Shown here: positions 1 to 12,400 of the stretch, one piece after another
Position numbering within the stretch: position 1 is the first letter of the stretch
How the letters are laid out: the number at the start of each line of letters is the position of its first letter
DNA from: Octopus sinensis
Lineage: Eukaryota
Reading direction: 5' to 3'
DNA length: 64,000 nt
Assembly (NCBI RefSeq): GCF_006345805.1
Contig: NC_043004.1
Span: 37,448,001-37,512,000 of the forward strand
Program-made: the position numbers and the translations under genes
The notes under the pieces: model-generated
Seen by the model: only the letters and a program-made list of their open reading frames with translations
Told to the model about the DNA's origin: nothing
Databases searched by the model: none

Positions 1-89
1 CTACTTACTACTCCAAAATTATACTATATAATCACATTTATACAGTATTTTCAGAAATAACACATTCCTTTGATATTTATTTAGCTAAG

Positions 90-275
90 GGGGTGAGCTG
101 GCAGAATCGTTAGCATGCTGGGCAAAATGCTTAGTGGCATTTCATGTGTCTTTACATTCTGAGTTCAAATTCCAACGAAGTCAACTTTACCTTGCACCCT
201 TTCAGGTTTGATAAAATAAGTACCACTTATGTACTGGGGTCAATGTAATCGACTTATCTCCTCTTCCAAAATTTG
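90..275 (+). mobile_element. SINE family C copy; relatives near 3455-3595, 26131-26325, 35580-35810, 36745-36890 (+) and 50366-50590, 52330-52500, 57713-57935 (-)
   Basis: Recurrent GAGTTCAAATTCC B-box-like motif followed by the shared CTTTGCCTTTCATCCTTTCG(A/G)GGTCGATAAA...AAGTACCAG block. Confidence 0.8.
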
Positions 276-364
276 AAATCAGTATTTATTTAGCTAAAAT
301 CATTAGTTTTCCCAACAAATTTAATTTTTGCCATTCATTACAATTAAATGAAATAATCTTTTAC

Positions 365-439
365 CTCATCTTCAAAGCGTTGATGAATTTCATGTTGTTT
401 TTCTGGCTGTCTAAATTTCTTTCGAGAATAAAATACATC
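365..439 (-). CDS. AMD1: AdoMetDC coding exon 4 (DVFYSRKKFRQPEKQHEIHQRFEDE); gene continues beyond the window start
   Basis: 75-nt phase-0 exon, TTTTACAG acceptor, GAG|GTAAAA donor. Matches human [24 protein letters not shown]. Reading through the donor gives VKDYFI-stop, so splicing here is required. Confidence 0.92.
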
Positions 440-777
440 CTGTAAAAAAAATTGTCAAGAATTTAATCAACCAAGTTTAGTATTAGTATTCTAATCCTGA
501 TCTTGTCTATTTATATTTGCTGCCACTACAGTTGCTATGCCAGCTGTAGTAGCCATTTAGAAAATATTTTATGCAAACAAGTGACATAGGAATCATAAAT
601 ACAAGGGAACTAATATAAAAATTAATGAATATAAATGGCTCAATCAGAAAAACTTCATCAAAATAGCTACTGGACAGGTCATTGCAAATATAAATCATAG
701 AACATTAATACGGTAAAAAAGTGTCCAAAACTTTGATATAAAACTGACTTTTTTGCTGAGTGCAACAAACCTCACAA

Positions 778-1215
778 CACCATCATTTAATGTCCGCTTT
801 CCATGCTAGCATGGGTTAGACGATTTGACTGAGGACTGGCAAACCAGATGGCTGCACCAGGCTCCAATCTGATCTGGCAGAGTTTCTACACCTGGATGCC
901 CTTCCTAACGCCAACTACTCCGAGAGTGTAGTGGGTGCTTTTACGTGCCACCGGCACGAGGGCCAGTCAGGCGGTACTGGCAACAGCCATGCTCAAATGG
1001 TGTTTTTTACATGCCACCTGTACAGGAGCTAGTCCAGTGGCACTGGCAATGAACTCACTCTAATGTTTTTTCAAGTACCAGTAAGGCGATGCTAGTAACA
1101 ATCACATTTGAATGGTGCTTTTTACATGTCACCAGCTCGGAAGCCAGTCAGCTGCTCTGGCAACGATCATGCTCAAATGGTGCTCTTAGCGCTCCCACTA
1201 GCATGGTTGCCAGTC
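778..1215 (-). mobile_element. RTE-LINE 3'-tail-type repeat with internal ~40-bp tandem units; further copies near 2480-2850, 4070-4443, 5298-5548, 9490-9965, 10525-10680, 11563-11720, 14880-15165, 17270-17480, 21660-21840, 24520-24690, 29880-30070, 43915-44360, 54720-55030, 55115-55370
   Basis: All share TTGGCGTTAGGAAGGGCATCCAGCTGTAGAAAC...CCCATGCTAGCATGGAAAGCGGACGTTAAA and a (TGA)n tail. At 24121-24690 the tail directly follows RTE RT sequence. Confidence 0.85.
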
Positions 1216-1574
1216 ATCGAATTTTTAGAAATGTGTCTTCTAAAATTGTTTTGTTTTTTTTAATAAAGAAAGAATAAATTTATAGTCTCTTAAGATTAGT
1301 ACACTACCATAATTTAGCTGATGTGCAATAAGTCATTCTGAAATCTAAAAATATAAACAGTATTTTTATATTTAACAATTGTGAATTTATAGATAGCATG
1401 AAAGAACAAATTGGCAACATATTTTCTCATTAAAAAAAAAAAATTATTCTAAGTGAAAACAGTATTTCACTTTTATTATAATCCAAAGTTATATTTTCTT
1501 TGCAATTTACCTTATTTTCAAGATCTAACACATCAAATGATATAAGAATAAACATCCCTAGAAATGTAACACTA

Positions 1575-2040
1575 GAGAAATTCTGAGAACTTTCAGAACA
1601 AGGGACCAGGAAACCATGCTGGTCCTATGGAGGACATTTGTCCCCAGCCATTTGGGCTACTACTTTCAGCTGTGATCCCACAGTGTCAAATTAATAATGG
1701 ACCTTGAGACAGTTTAGCAGTGCTACACCAGGAAGATTACATCACTAGAACAGCTGAGGTACTAGGAGACACTAAAACAACTGCAGCTCTGCTCCCTGGA
1801 GCAAAGAGAGGAGAGATATGTGGTGATGTATTTATGGAAGTTCCTAGAGGGGCTGGCACCAGACTTGACATTGAGACTTATGCCAGCCCTGAGCAGGATG
1901 TCAGTAGACTGTTCCAAAGGTCCTACCCCCATCCTGTCTTAGCGTGAGGACCAGGTACTGCAATAGCTTGGGATTCAAAGGCCCACAGTTATTTTTAATA
2001 TCTTACCAAAAAACCTGAGAGATCTACATAGAGTGGCGGG
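1575..2040 (+). mobile_element. CR1/L2-group LINE RT C-terminal remnant
   Basis: A frame not in the ORF track reads ILRTFRTRDQETMLVLWRTFV...LKQLQLCSLEQREERYVVMYLWKFLEGLAP, with several stops. Confidence 0.7.
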
Positions 2041-4554
2041 TAAATGTTTTCAAGAAGCAGCAACCTTCTGCTGTCCAAGATCCCAGATAAACATATCTAT
2101 CTATACACACACCCATGTATACACATCACATATGTGTGTGTGTGCACGCACGCACGCGCTGATAGTTAAACAAAATTTCAATAGTTTTACAGTTTACTAA
2201 ATTAGGCTCTCTCTGAGACATTAATTTCAGAACCTTTTACAATGTTGTGTTCAAAAAAACAATCATGTGTCAATCAATAAAACAATGTTATATTTTATAA
2301 AACTAGTCTGGATTAGATTAAAACATACAGAAAATATATTTTAGCTAAAATACAGTCATGAAAAGGTTTAGGTAAGTTTTACTGATACCACAAGGGGCAT
2401 TAAACAGAATAAACCATCTCTGAATTCAGCAACAGCCATTTCACTTGATTTCACAATAGGCCAAGTGCCGTTGCCATTGTCGTGTAGATGGCACCTGTGA
2501 AATTGTAATCATGGTTGTTGCCAGTAGCATGATCTTCAACTGTTGGGCCTGATAGAGGTAATGACAAGTGATCAACACCATGGCAATATGCTGTGCTTGA
2601 GAAGACTCGTCAAGCCAAGTAAAACCAAAATGATGGCCATTGCCAGTGTCATATGAAAAACACCCAAGAAATTGTAGTCATGGCTGTTACCAGTGGCATG
2701 TAAAAAGCACCCATTACACTCTTGGAGTGGTTGGCATTAGGAAGGGCAGCCAAATCAGACTAGAACCTGGTGCAGCTCTCCAGCTTACCAGTTCCAATCA
2801 AAATGTCTAACCCATGCCAGCATGGAAAGCAGACGTTAAATGGTGATGAACAATGCAGTCATTGATTTTTGCTCTGAAAGCTACCCTTTTATTTATAATA
2901 GTCTTAAAATCATTTAGCAAGGGAAAAAACCAGCCTCATTCAGACATGTCAAACTGGTAAAAGAACTCCCTAAAATTTAGGGACAGTATTTTCTATATCA
3001 TTATAATTAATTTCTACATGGGTATTCGTAAGCTTTCTGGAATCTAAATGGCTTCAAATGAGAAGAAAAGAACAAAAAAAAAATGTCTTCCCTCTTCTAC
3101 AGATGAAACATTAAATGTTAGATAAAGTACTGTATATCAAAAGAACAATCTTTGATTTATCTCTACAAATTCAAGCCAACAAGGAAACCAGTCTATCACC
3201 ACTTGGCTTACCAGAAATAGCAGACAATTTTTTCTCAAATCACCTTCTACTATCTTAATGATTGGATAATGAAATAAATCATTTTAACACTGGAACTCAA
3301 AGAAGATAAAGAATTAAATAATAGCATATACAGCCATACCTACTTCAGGCGACACCATTAAAATGATTTATTTCATACCTCTCAAAGTTTCTAAAAAATC
3401 ATTTTTTGGTAGGAAAAAAGGTTTCTAAAACAGACAGAAAATTCTAAGGGTCTGAGTTCAAATTCTGAGGAGATTGACTTTGCCTTTCATTTTTACAGGG
3501 TTGATAAAATAAGAACCCATTAAGTACTAGGGTCAATGCAAGCAACTCTCCCTCTCCCCCAAATTTCATGCCTTGTGCCTCAAGTAGAAAGGATTATTAT
3601 CATTATTATTTGTCAAGGAGCTATTGTTGTCTTTTCTTCACCACATAAGTATTCTGAATTAGAATTTAGATGTTCAATGTAAGTTCTAACAAACTTAACC
3701 CTTAACAAATAGACACTAAAGCAAGTAAATTCTCTTTCAATACCTTGTTTTCTCACTCATAATGGTTTTCTGGTAAAAGAAAATTAGAAAAAGTTCAGGA
3801 ATTTATTTATTTTAAAAAAAAAACCAATCCCTTTATTGCAAGTCTTTACATTTTGATAAGCAAGGGATTAGACATGTTGCATAAATGAGACTTTGTTTAA
3901 CTTCTACACTCAGAGAAGCAATGCCTATTAGAAGAACCATACATTTTCCCTTTCTAAACAATCCCTAATTCACATTCAGACCAAATTAAAAAGATACAGC
4001 AGCAAAATGTGTTTTGTAAAGAGCAAGAAGTAAAAATTTTAATATAAACTCGAAATCAAATTCAACAACTGGCATCCATGCCAGCGGGGTGCAAAGAGCA
4101 CCATACGAGGGTAACCGTTGACAGAGTGGCTAACCGGCTTCCATGCCAGTGGCACATAAAAGGGCACCATTCGAGTGTGATCACTACCAGTGTTGCCATA
4201 CTGGCACCTGTGCTGGTGGCATGTGTAAAAAGATTCGAATGACGACATTGCCAGTACCGCCCTACTGGCCCCTGTGCCGGTGGCACGTGAAAAGCACCCA
4301 CTACAGTCTCAGAGTGGTTGGCGTTAGGAAGAACATCCAGCTGTAGAAACTCTGCCAGATCAGATTGGAGTCTGGTTTGCCAGCCCTCAGTCAAATCGTC
4401 CAACCCATGCTAGCATGGAAAGCAGACGTTAAATGATGATGATAAACCAAAATGAATTATTTTATTTTTGGATTTGGTTTGCAAGATTCTTCTCCCCAAA
4501 CAAAAAAGGAATTAAGAATAGTAAAAAAAAAAGCAGAGAAATGAAAATACTCAC

Positions 4555-4681
4555 ATCAACAGAATCAATGTTACATCTGTCTTTAATTAGCTTCAACAAT
4601 GGCTTCACAGCTAAGAGCAGTGTCGTAGTACCACAAGTTTTCAAAATAAAACGCCGTTTTGTAACAAACATGCTGCTTTCA
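4555..4681 (-). CDS. AMD1: AdoMetDC coding exon 3 ([43 protein letters not shown]), with the Glu-Ser autocleavage/pyruvoyl site
   Basis: 127-nt exon, TTGCAG acceptor, GAT|GTGAGT donor. The [19 protein letters not shown] motif is diagnostic of eukaryotic AdoMetDC. Confidence 0.98.
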
Positions 4682-5081
4682 CTGCAAAAAGTTAGAAAGA
4701 TGTAACTAAAAATAGTCACAGCATCAAATATTATTTCATACTAGCAAATGTACCCAGCGTTGCTCGTAATTAAAATGGCATAGTTTTTTTTATATTGTTT
4801 TACTTGTTTCAGTCATGTGACTGCAGCCATGCTGGAGCACTTCTTTTAGTCAAACAAATTGACCCCAGGATTCCTTTTCTGTAAGCCTAGTACTTATTCT
4901 ATTGATGTCTTTTGCCGAACCGCTAAGTTGTGGGGATGTAAACCACATAGCTCATGGAGTTTAGACGGGCAATGAAACTAGTCATGTACATACGTACATA
5001 TATGTGTGTATACATGCGTATATATAAATATTCGTATGTTGTATATATATATATGTTTGTAATTATGTACTATTTGTGCAT

Positions 5082-5139
5082 ATCCCACTGATGAGGCAGA
5101 GTATATTTTTATGCAAAGCCAGAAATCCGGATCTGGGAT
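5082..5139 (+). ncRNA. Minimal type I hammerhead-ribozyme-like motif
   Basis: ATCCCA CTGATGA GGC..GCC (A)GAAA TCCGGA TC TGGGAT: 6-bp stem I, 3-bp stem II, palindromic stem III, AUC triplet, one extra A before GAAA. Confidence 0.6.
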
Positions 5140-6039
5140 TATCCAATAATTTTTTGTTAGTCTGTTTGTCTTTTCTACTGGTGCTGTATGAATACATGAT
5201 GAGGTTTTAGAGTCAAGTTTTGACTGTTATCTCAAGCATGGTGGTATTTTTTAGATACCCTTAATTACAATTTTAATATATATTATATATATATATATCA
5301 TCATCGTCGTTTAACGTCCGTTCTCCATGCTAGCATGGGTTGGACGGTTCGACCGGGGATCTGGAAAGCCAGAAGGCTGCACCAGGCTCCGGTCTTATCT
5401 GGCAATGTTTCTACAGCTGGATGCCCTTCCTAACGCCAACCACTCCGTGAGTGTAGTGGGTGCTTTTTACGTGCCACCTGCACTGGTGCCAGGCGAGGCT
5501 GGCATCGGCCACGGTCGGATTGGTGCATTTTACGTGCCACCTGCACGGAATATATATATATATATAATCAAAATAAGCAACAGGATATCCAGATATATAT
5601 ATATATGTAGTTCAAATTTACAGAAATCAAAAGATGAAGACAGGTGTGTTAGTTTGACGGTTGGAAAGAATGGAAAGTCTTTGAGGTTTCAAGCCTATTA
5701 CTTCCGAGTACACAGGAAAAAGACATTCAAATTAGATGTACTAAAATGAACATCTCTCAATGTTTAATTTGTGTATATAAAAGTAATTTTTGAGACAGAA
5801 CCACCATGGGAGTATGTCGACCCGATTAAGTATTGAAACTAGATACCTCGTATCCAATCAATACTGATGTACTTTCATGAAACACGTGTAGTCTTATAAA
5901 CAGAAAATACATGATTCAGAATAGATATAGTTAGTATAAGATTTAATATTTAACATTTTATGGTGTGGTCGGGTATAAAACCTTTCATTGTTGATTGAGT
6001 TGAAGGGGGTTCTGTCTCTAAAATTACTTTTATATATAT

Positions 6040-7120
6040 ATATTGTTGTATTTCGGAATGGTCATTTTGCCAGTTTAGCCAATAAAAACACACACACTAT
6101 ATATTTGGTGTTACTTTGCTTCAGTGTTATTTATTTTTTACATTAATCTTAATCTTATTTCGGCCAGAGTTCTTTCGTCACACTCTTGTGACCGCATCAG
6201 TGGTCCTTTGTTTTCTTCTTTCTTATCTGTGTGTCTCTCCTTACTAACCGTCAGCCATTTTGTATTTCTATTGTATGTGTCTTCATTTGCGCATGCATAT
6301 ATCTCTATGTGCGTCTATGTTTAGTTAGTGTGTGTGTGGGGGGGAATGCCTGTAATATTTGTATCTTCTGTTTATATACGTTCGTGTAATTTTTTTTTGT
6401 TCATGTTTACATCCACTTATTATCATTATTATTACGTATGCTTGTATGTATGTATGTATGTATGTATAACAATAAAACTAGTAATAACAATAATAATAAA
6501 ACATTTTTAAAAAAATTTAATTAAAAAATAAATTTTTTAAATCTTTTAAATTTAAAAAAAAACCTATATAGTTATTTATTTCTATTTGTTTATTTATCTG
6601 TGTATTTTATTTATTATGTTTTCGGTTTTGTTTATATTGTAACCAGTTTATGGGGATCCTCTACCATCATGTTGTGGTGTGTGCTAGTGTTCCATTCCAG
6701 TTTCCTATTCAGGCTAGGTTTATCTTCTATTATGTGTGTAGCTTCCGTAATTTGTCTGATTGTTGCATCTGTTCTATGTGTGGACAAGATTTTAACCTCT
6801 ATGTTGTTGATTGATCCCCTGTGTTCCTGCTCAGCATGTTGGTACAGAATCGATGAGCTCTTTCCTTCCTTAAGTTCTCTCCAATGTTCATTTTCCCGCT
6901 TGTATGCCGTTTCCCCTATGTATGTCGTCTTGTTACTGCATCGTCCCTCTATACATCTTATACTATAGACTACATTTCTGGCTTTACAGTGTGTTTGTGG
7001 GCTAAATCTACACACAGTACAGTGCCTATCCGTACAGGGGGTTCTACTAAAAGGGTAAGTTCTACCGATTATGGATTTGATAGGGTTGCCTGGCTTTTCA
7101 ACAACCTTAATCCTTAGTTA
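6040..7120 (-). mobile_element. Penelope-like element 3' remnant: Cys-rich linker, GIY-YIG endonuclease and pseudo-LTR
   Basis: KVVEKPGNPIK...CTDRHCTVCRFSPQTHCKARNVVYSIRC...TYIGET...EH...SILYQH...LNRKLEW. Homologous to the copy at 37250. Confidence 0.85.
6162..6206 (-). ncRNA. Degenerate hammerhead-like motif in the Penelope pseudo-LTR
   Basis: GGACCA CTGATG CG GTCAC AAGAGT GTGAC GAAA GAAC TC TGGCC: perfect 5-bp stem II, A9 replaced, stem I imperfect. Confidence 0.45.
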
Positions 7121-7962
7121 AGTATATATATACACACACACACACATATGCATATATAAACATATATATATAAGGCAAGGACGAAAAAGATAATTGACGA
7201 ACATCAGCTTGATCCGTTTATTAATAAACTGCGATCATATAAATAAATAAATAAGAATAAATGAGTGAATATAGCTCTACTCTTACATCTGCTTCTACTT
7301 TGGAGGTCCGGCAGGCCAAAGTTGACACATCATACCAAGATTATATAGAAATTGAACAAAAATTGGACCCCAAAGATTCATCAGAGAATCCATAATGGCA
7401 AGAATTAAACAAGTAAAAAAGTAAAATACAATAAAATACTACTTAATAGTAAAAAGTAAATTCCAAGATAAATCCGGAGGTTGTGAGATCACATCTTATT
7501 TCAATCTAATGGGTGACATAGTAGATATAAAACGTTATAGAGTGGGGTTAAAGGGATGATCTATGTAACAGATGTCATTAGTGAGAAACCAAAAACTATG
7601 CAATAGAATAGAAATAAAATTTAGCTTATGTTAACATAGTTGGGGAAATCAATACATAATTATATCAATGAAGGAATAATTTGGGTATAAATTAAGTGTG
7701 ATGTTATTCTTTATGAACAAAAATCTTCATCATAAACCCCTATGACGAGTAGGGTAAGGCGAATGTTAATTCCTACAACTTAACTGGTCAGCTAATATTT
7801 AAAAACAACAGCGTTGTTTGGGTCTGTTAAATCTATTAATAAAATACAAAATACAAAACAAATTTAAAATATTCCAAGGAATAAATTGTCTAAGGGGCCT
7901 TAAATACTAAGGGGAATAATAAATACGTACATTTAGGAATCTGTTATTCTGTTATGAATACA

Positions 7963-8475
7963 TCTATATATATAAAACTGTAGTTGTGTGAGTGTCTGTC
8001 CCCTTCGATTTAGATTCCTAACTACTCCCACATTTTGCGGTGCAGTTTAACCAAATTCGGGTATCTTATAGTCGTGATTCATATCGAGCCCGTCTGAGTA
8101 TTAGCGCGCGTCTACGATGAGTCTACGATTTTAAAAATAATTTAACATCATTTTTTATTCCATTTTAATGCATAATTTTTCGTGTGTCGATGGCGGCAGA
8201 GTTGGCGTCCATGGTCACACCTGCACCTGTTTGCTTCTCCCCCTTCTTCCCTCCCTCGTGAAGCTGTAGGGAAGGGAATGTAAGGAAATCAACGTCGTAA
8301 AGCGTTGTCAAGGAGACCAGCGTTCTTTTAGAACAATGACTTCATGGCTTGAAGACACCAAAACAGAAATGGCTAAGAAAGCCCGAATTGGCATCTATAA
8401 GGGAAGTAACTCTCTAAAAATGCTTATATAGTTATTTCCCTTACAAACCCGAGCAACGCCGGGCGATACTGCTAG
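7963..8475 (+). mobile_element. Non-autonomous Helitron, both ends present
   Basis: 5'-TC start, 3' hairpin CCCGAGCAACGCCGGG (8448-8463) shortly before the terminal CTAG, inserted between A and T, no TSD. Confidence 0.85.
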
Positions 8476-8662
8476 TCTAAGATAAATTTCTAATTGAAAG
8501 AATTATTAAATGGGGAAATAAAATCGCCAAATTTATGAAATATAGCTAAAGGGAGATAACCGTGTAAAACGTTAAACTATACAAAGAGCTTTTTATAACA
8601 ATTACTCTCCATATATTTCAACATTTGAATATTAACATAAATAAGCTTTTAAAATAAATATC

Positions 8663-8965
8663 GGATCTTTTCCTTTTGAACGGCATATGACAACACAATT
8701 TCTAGTTAACTAAACACTTTTAAACTTCGTATACTGGTAGAATGTGTTTATAAAACATAATTTTTTCTTGGCTTTATTGAGAAAATTCTATAGTTTGTAA
8801 GATATTTCCACTTTAAAATCGAGCATTTCGGTAATTTTAACCAATAGCTAACCACCCAAGAAAAAAATGATGTTTTATAAACACATTCTACCAGCATACG
8901 AAGTTTAAAAGTGTTTAGTTAACTAGAAATTGTGTTGAAAACTGCCATTCAAAAGGAAAAGATCC
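8663..8965. mobile_element. GGATC-ended MITE with 8-bp TSD (TAAATATC); Merlin-like
   Basis: Long TIRs GGATCTTTTCCTTTTGAA.... Exact TAAATATC at 8655-8662 and 8966-8973. Confidence 0.85.
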
Positions 8966-11169
8966 TAAATATCTGGTTATGAGATATAATATATAACATA
9001 TAATATAACGTTTTGGGATTTGGTTTGCAAGATTCTTTATATGAGTTCATGTGTTAGAACATATTCTATTGTGTCTAGGGAGAGTCATTTTGACACAATA
9101 GAATATAACACCACACAATATATAATATTTGACAAGCAGTGAAATTATTGAAACGAAATCTATATTACAAATTAAATGCTAAGTCTATAAATACTCTTTA
9201 CTCTGTTAAATACTCACATTGAATCAGCAGAAATAAACTCATAGTAATAAATAAATAGCATACCACTAATATATAGTATATTTGATTATTTGGTAAGATA
9301 TTACAAAATACGAAAAATATACGAGAAATATTAAAATATTGAAATTTACAAAAATCATGAATATTTGGTAATCATGTAATGAAAATAGGCGTTATATACA
9401 TACTTACATATATATATTCATACCCAACACACGTATTTTATCCATATATACACATACATATACAATATACACACACACACACATATATATCATCGTCGTC
9501 GTCGTCATTTAACGTCCACTTTCCATGCTGGCATGTGTTGGACAGTTTGACTGAGGACTGGCGAGCCAAGAGGCTGCACCGGGCTTCAGTCTGATCTGGC
9601 AAAGTTTCTACAGCTTGATGCCCTTGCTAACGCCAAACACTCCGAGAGGGTAGTGGGTGCTTTCTCATGCTACTGGCACGAAGGCCAGTCAGGCGGTTCT
9701 GGCAATGACCACACTCAAAAGGTGTTTTTACATGCTACCTGCACGGGAGCCAGTCCAACAGCACTGGCAACGACCACGCTTGAATGTTGTTTGTCATGTG
9801 CCAGTAAGGCGATGCTGGCAACGATCACGCTCGAATGGTGCTTTTTACGTGCCACCGGCATGGGAGCTAGTCAGCGGCCCTAGCAACAATCACGCTCAGA
9901 TGGTGCTTTTAACATTCTACTGACACGAGTGCCAATCAGGCAGTACTGTCATCGGCCACGTCAGCAATATATATAAAATAAGGTAAAATAAAAGAACATG
10001 TTCATATATATATATATATACACACACACAGACCCTCACACACATATAACACAATCATATATATATACATACACATGCACACATATATATATACACACAT
10101 ACATATAATACATATACACACACAAGCATACACATAAATATCCACACACACATACACATAAGTTTACACACACATGTAAACACCCATATGGATAAATAAA
10201 AATATATCTTTATTCATATGAATATATGAATAAACACTTACAAAAAGGGATTCAGTTCTTTGGGTAGCAATACACTTGGGAGGATTTGTACAAGAAATAA
10301 ATTTGGCACTAAAATAAGGCTAAGTTTAATTGCAATTATAGAGAGAAACAAAGAGTATTTGGAAAAGGATAGAGATAGAGATTAAAGGAAAATAATAAAC
10401 ATATGTGATATTACGAATGTATAAAAGTTCTTTGCAATTATAGTAAAAAGTATTCAGGTCAGGATAGAGATGAAAGAAATGTAATTTTATGCGCGGTAGT
10501 TTGTCATAAGAGTTATTGGAATACACTCTTGGAGTGGTTGGCATTAGGAAGGGCATGAAGCTGTAGAAACTTTGCCAGATTACAATGGAGCCGGGTGCAA
10601 CCTTCTGGCTCAGCCGTCCACAGTCAAATTGTCCAACCCATGCCAGCATGGAAAGCGGGCGTTAAACAACGATGATGATTATTATTGTTGTTATATCTAT
10701 CTTCAACTGTTGTATTATTCACATCAACAATTATGTCTATATTATTATCATTAGTGGAGCTGACACAGGTATCTGTTTGGGATTTCTTGTAGTATTTATT
10801 TTATCATTATTATATCTGTGTGTACTTCTAGAATTTATGAATTTATTTTTATTTTTATTATTATTATTATCAATGTTCTTATCATAGACATCATTATTAT
10901 TTCCATTATTATAAGGAATATATTTAATTTTATCCTTATAACCCGCATTTCAGAGTGCTACATTATATTTTTCTTTAAGTAGGACACCGCTCATATATAT
11001 CTCACAACCAGATATTTATGTTAATATTCAAATGTTGAAATATATGGAGAGTAATTGTTATAAATAAATAGCTCTTCGCATAGTTTAACGGTTACCTCCC
11101 TTTAGCTACATTTTTTTTGCATTTAAATAATTTTTTCAATTAGAAATATACATACACAAACATTGGGAA

Positions 11170-11526
11170 GCACTCCGTCGGTTACGACGACGAGGGTTCC
11201 GGTTGATCCGATCAACGGAACAGCCTGCTCGTGAAATTAACGTGTAAGTGGCTGAGCACTGCACAGACACGTGTACCCTTAACGTAGTTCTCAGGAATAT
11301 TCAGCGTGACACAGAGAGTGACAAGGCCGGCCCTTTGAAATACAGGTACAACAGAAACAGAAAGAAAGAGTGAGAAAAAGTTGTGGTGAAAGAGTGTGCC
11401 GGAGCCTCGTGGAGCTTTAGGTGTTTTCGCTCAATAAACAACTCACAACGCCCGGTCTGGGAATCGAAACCGCGATCCTACGACCGCTAGTCCGCTGCCC
11501 TAACCACTGGGCCATTGCGCCTCCAC
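11170..11526 (-). mobile_element. tRNA-derived SINE family A; second copy at 22631-23003 (+)
   Basis: Head GTGGAGGCGCAATGGCCCAGTGGTTAGGGCAG...GGTTTCGATTCCC with A/B boxes. The body is shared between the two copies. Confidence 0.85.
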
Positions 11527-11869
11527 CACATACACAAACACACTATATATATATATATATATGTGGTTGGCGTTAGGAAGGGCATCCAGCTGTAGAAACA
11601 CTGCCAGATCTGACTGGACTGGTGCAGCTTTCGGGCTCCCCAGACCCCAGTTGAACCGTCCAACCCATGCTAGCATGGAAAGCGGACGTTAAATGAAGAT
11701 GATGATGATGATGATGATGATATATATATATATATATATTTATTAAAAAAAAGAAGTTTGAAAAGTATATATATACACACACACATAAACTAGCAGGTTT
11801 GTAATATTAACTTCAAGAAACCTGCCAGTCACCTATTCACCTACCAGTCTGGTGGTCACATACTAGTCA

Positions 11870-12400
11870 GATTGACTACATCCTCGCCAGGAAAAGGGAA
11901 GGATGGCTACTGGGATGGTTTTGGCATTTATAAAATGCCAAAACCTTCCCAGGTGAAGAATACACTGCACAACATAGATTAGTAGTTAGTGACTTCAAGA
12001 TCATGGCTAAATGGATGCCCAAAAGACGACCAGCATGGAGAAAAAGGGTTTGGAAGCTTAAGGATCCTGCAAATGGACAGAGATTTAGAGACGTAGAGGG
12101 AGATATAGCATCCATCACATAATGTGGAAGACAACTGGAGGTTCCTACGTGACAATCTGTTGAGGGCTACTGACCAGATCTGTGGATGGTGCAAAGTCCC
12201 CTTTTGACCCAAGGTAACGTGGTGGTGCAACAACATAGTTGACAGAGCCATTAGGGAAAAGAAACAGGCATGGAAGAAATGGAAGAATGGTGGTGGCAGG
12301 GAATTGTATTAGACTGACAGAAGGGAAGCTAGGAGACAGGTTTATTTAGCCAGAGGGGAAGCAGATAAGAAACAATTTGCCAATGTTCTGCATCGTTAGA
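11870..12400 (+). mobile_element. RTE-clade LINE fragment (endonuclease-RT linker)
   Basis: VEDNWRFLRDNLLRATDQICGWCK...TWWCNNIVDRAIREKKQAWKKWK, with stops. Confidence 0.75.

Noticed and set aside
778-1215. Repeat-spacer-like arrays (GGTGCTTTTTACGTGCCACC units) resembling CRISPR
   Set aside because: The units are degenerate internal tandem repeats of a dispersed RTE-tail element, the spacers are mutually homologous, there are no cas genes and the context is eukaryotic.
5860-5895. CTGATG...GAAACACGTGTA hammerhead-like string
   Set aside because: It has a palindromic stem III, but A9 is missing and stems I and II cannot be formed convincingly.
11440-11526. tRNA-like sequence (also 22631, 17536)
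   Set aside because: These are SINE heads continuing into repeat bodies, with no complete cloverleaf, so not tRNA genes.
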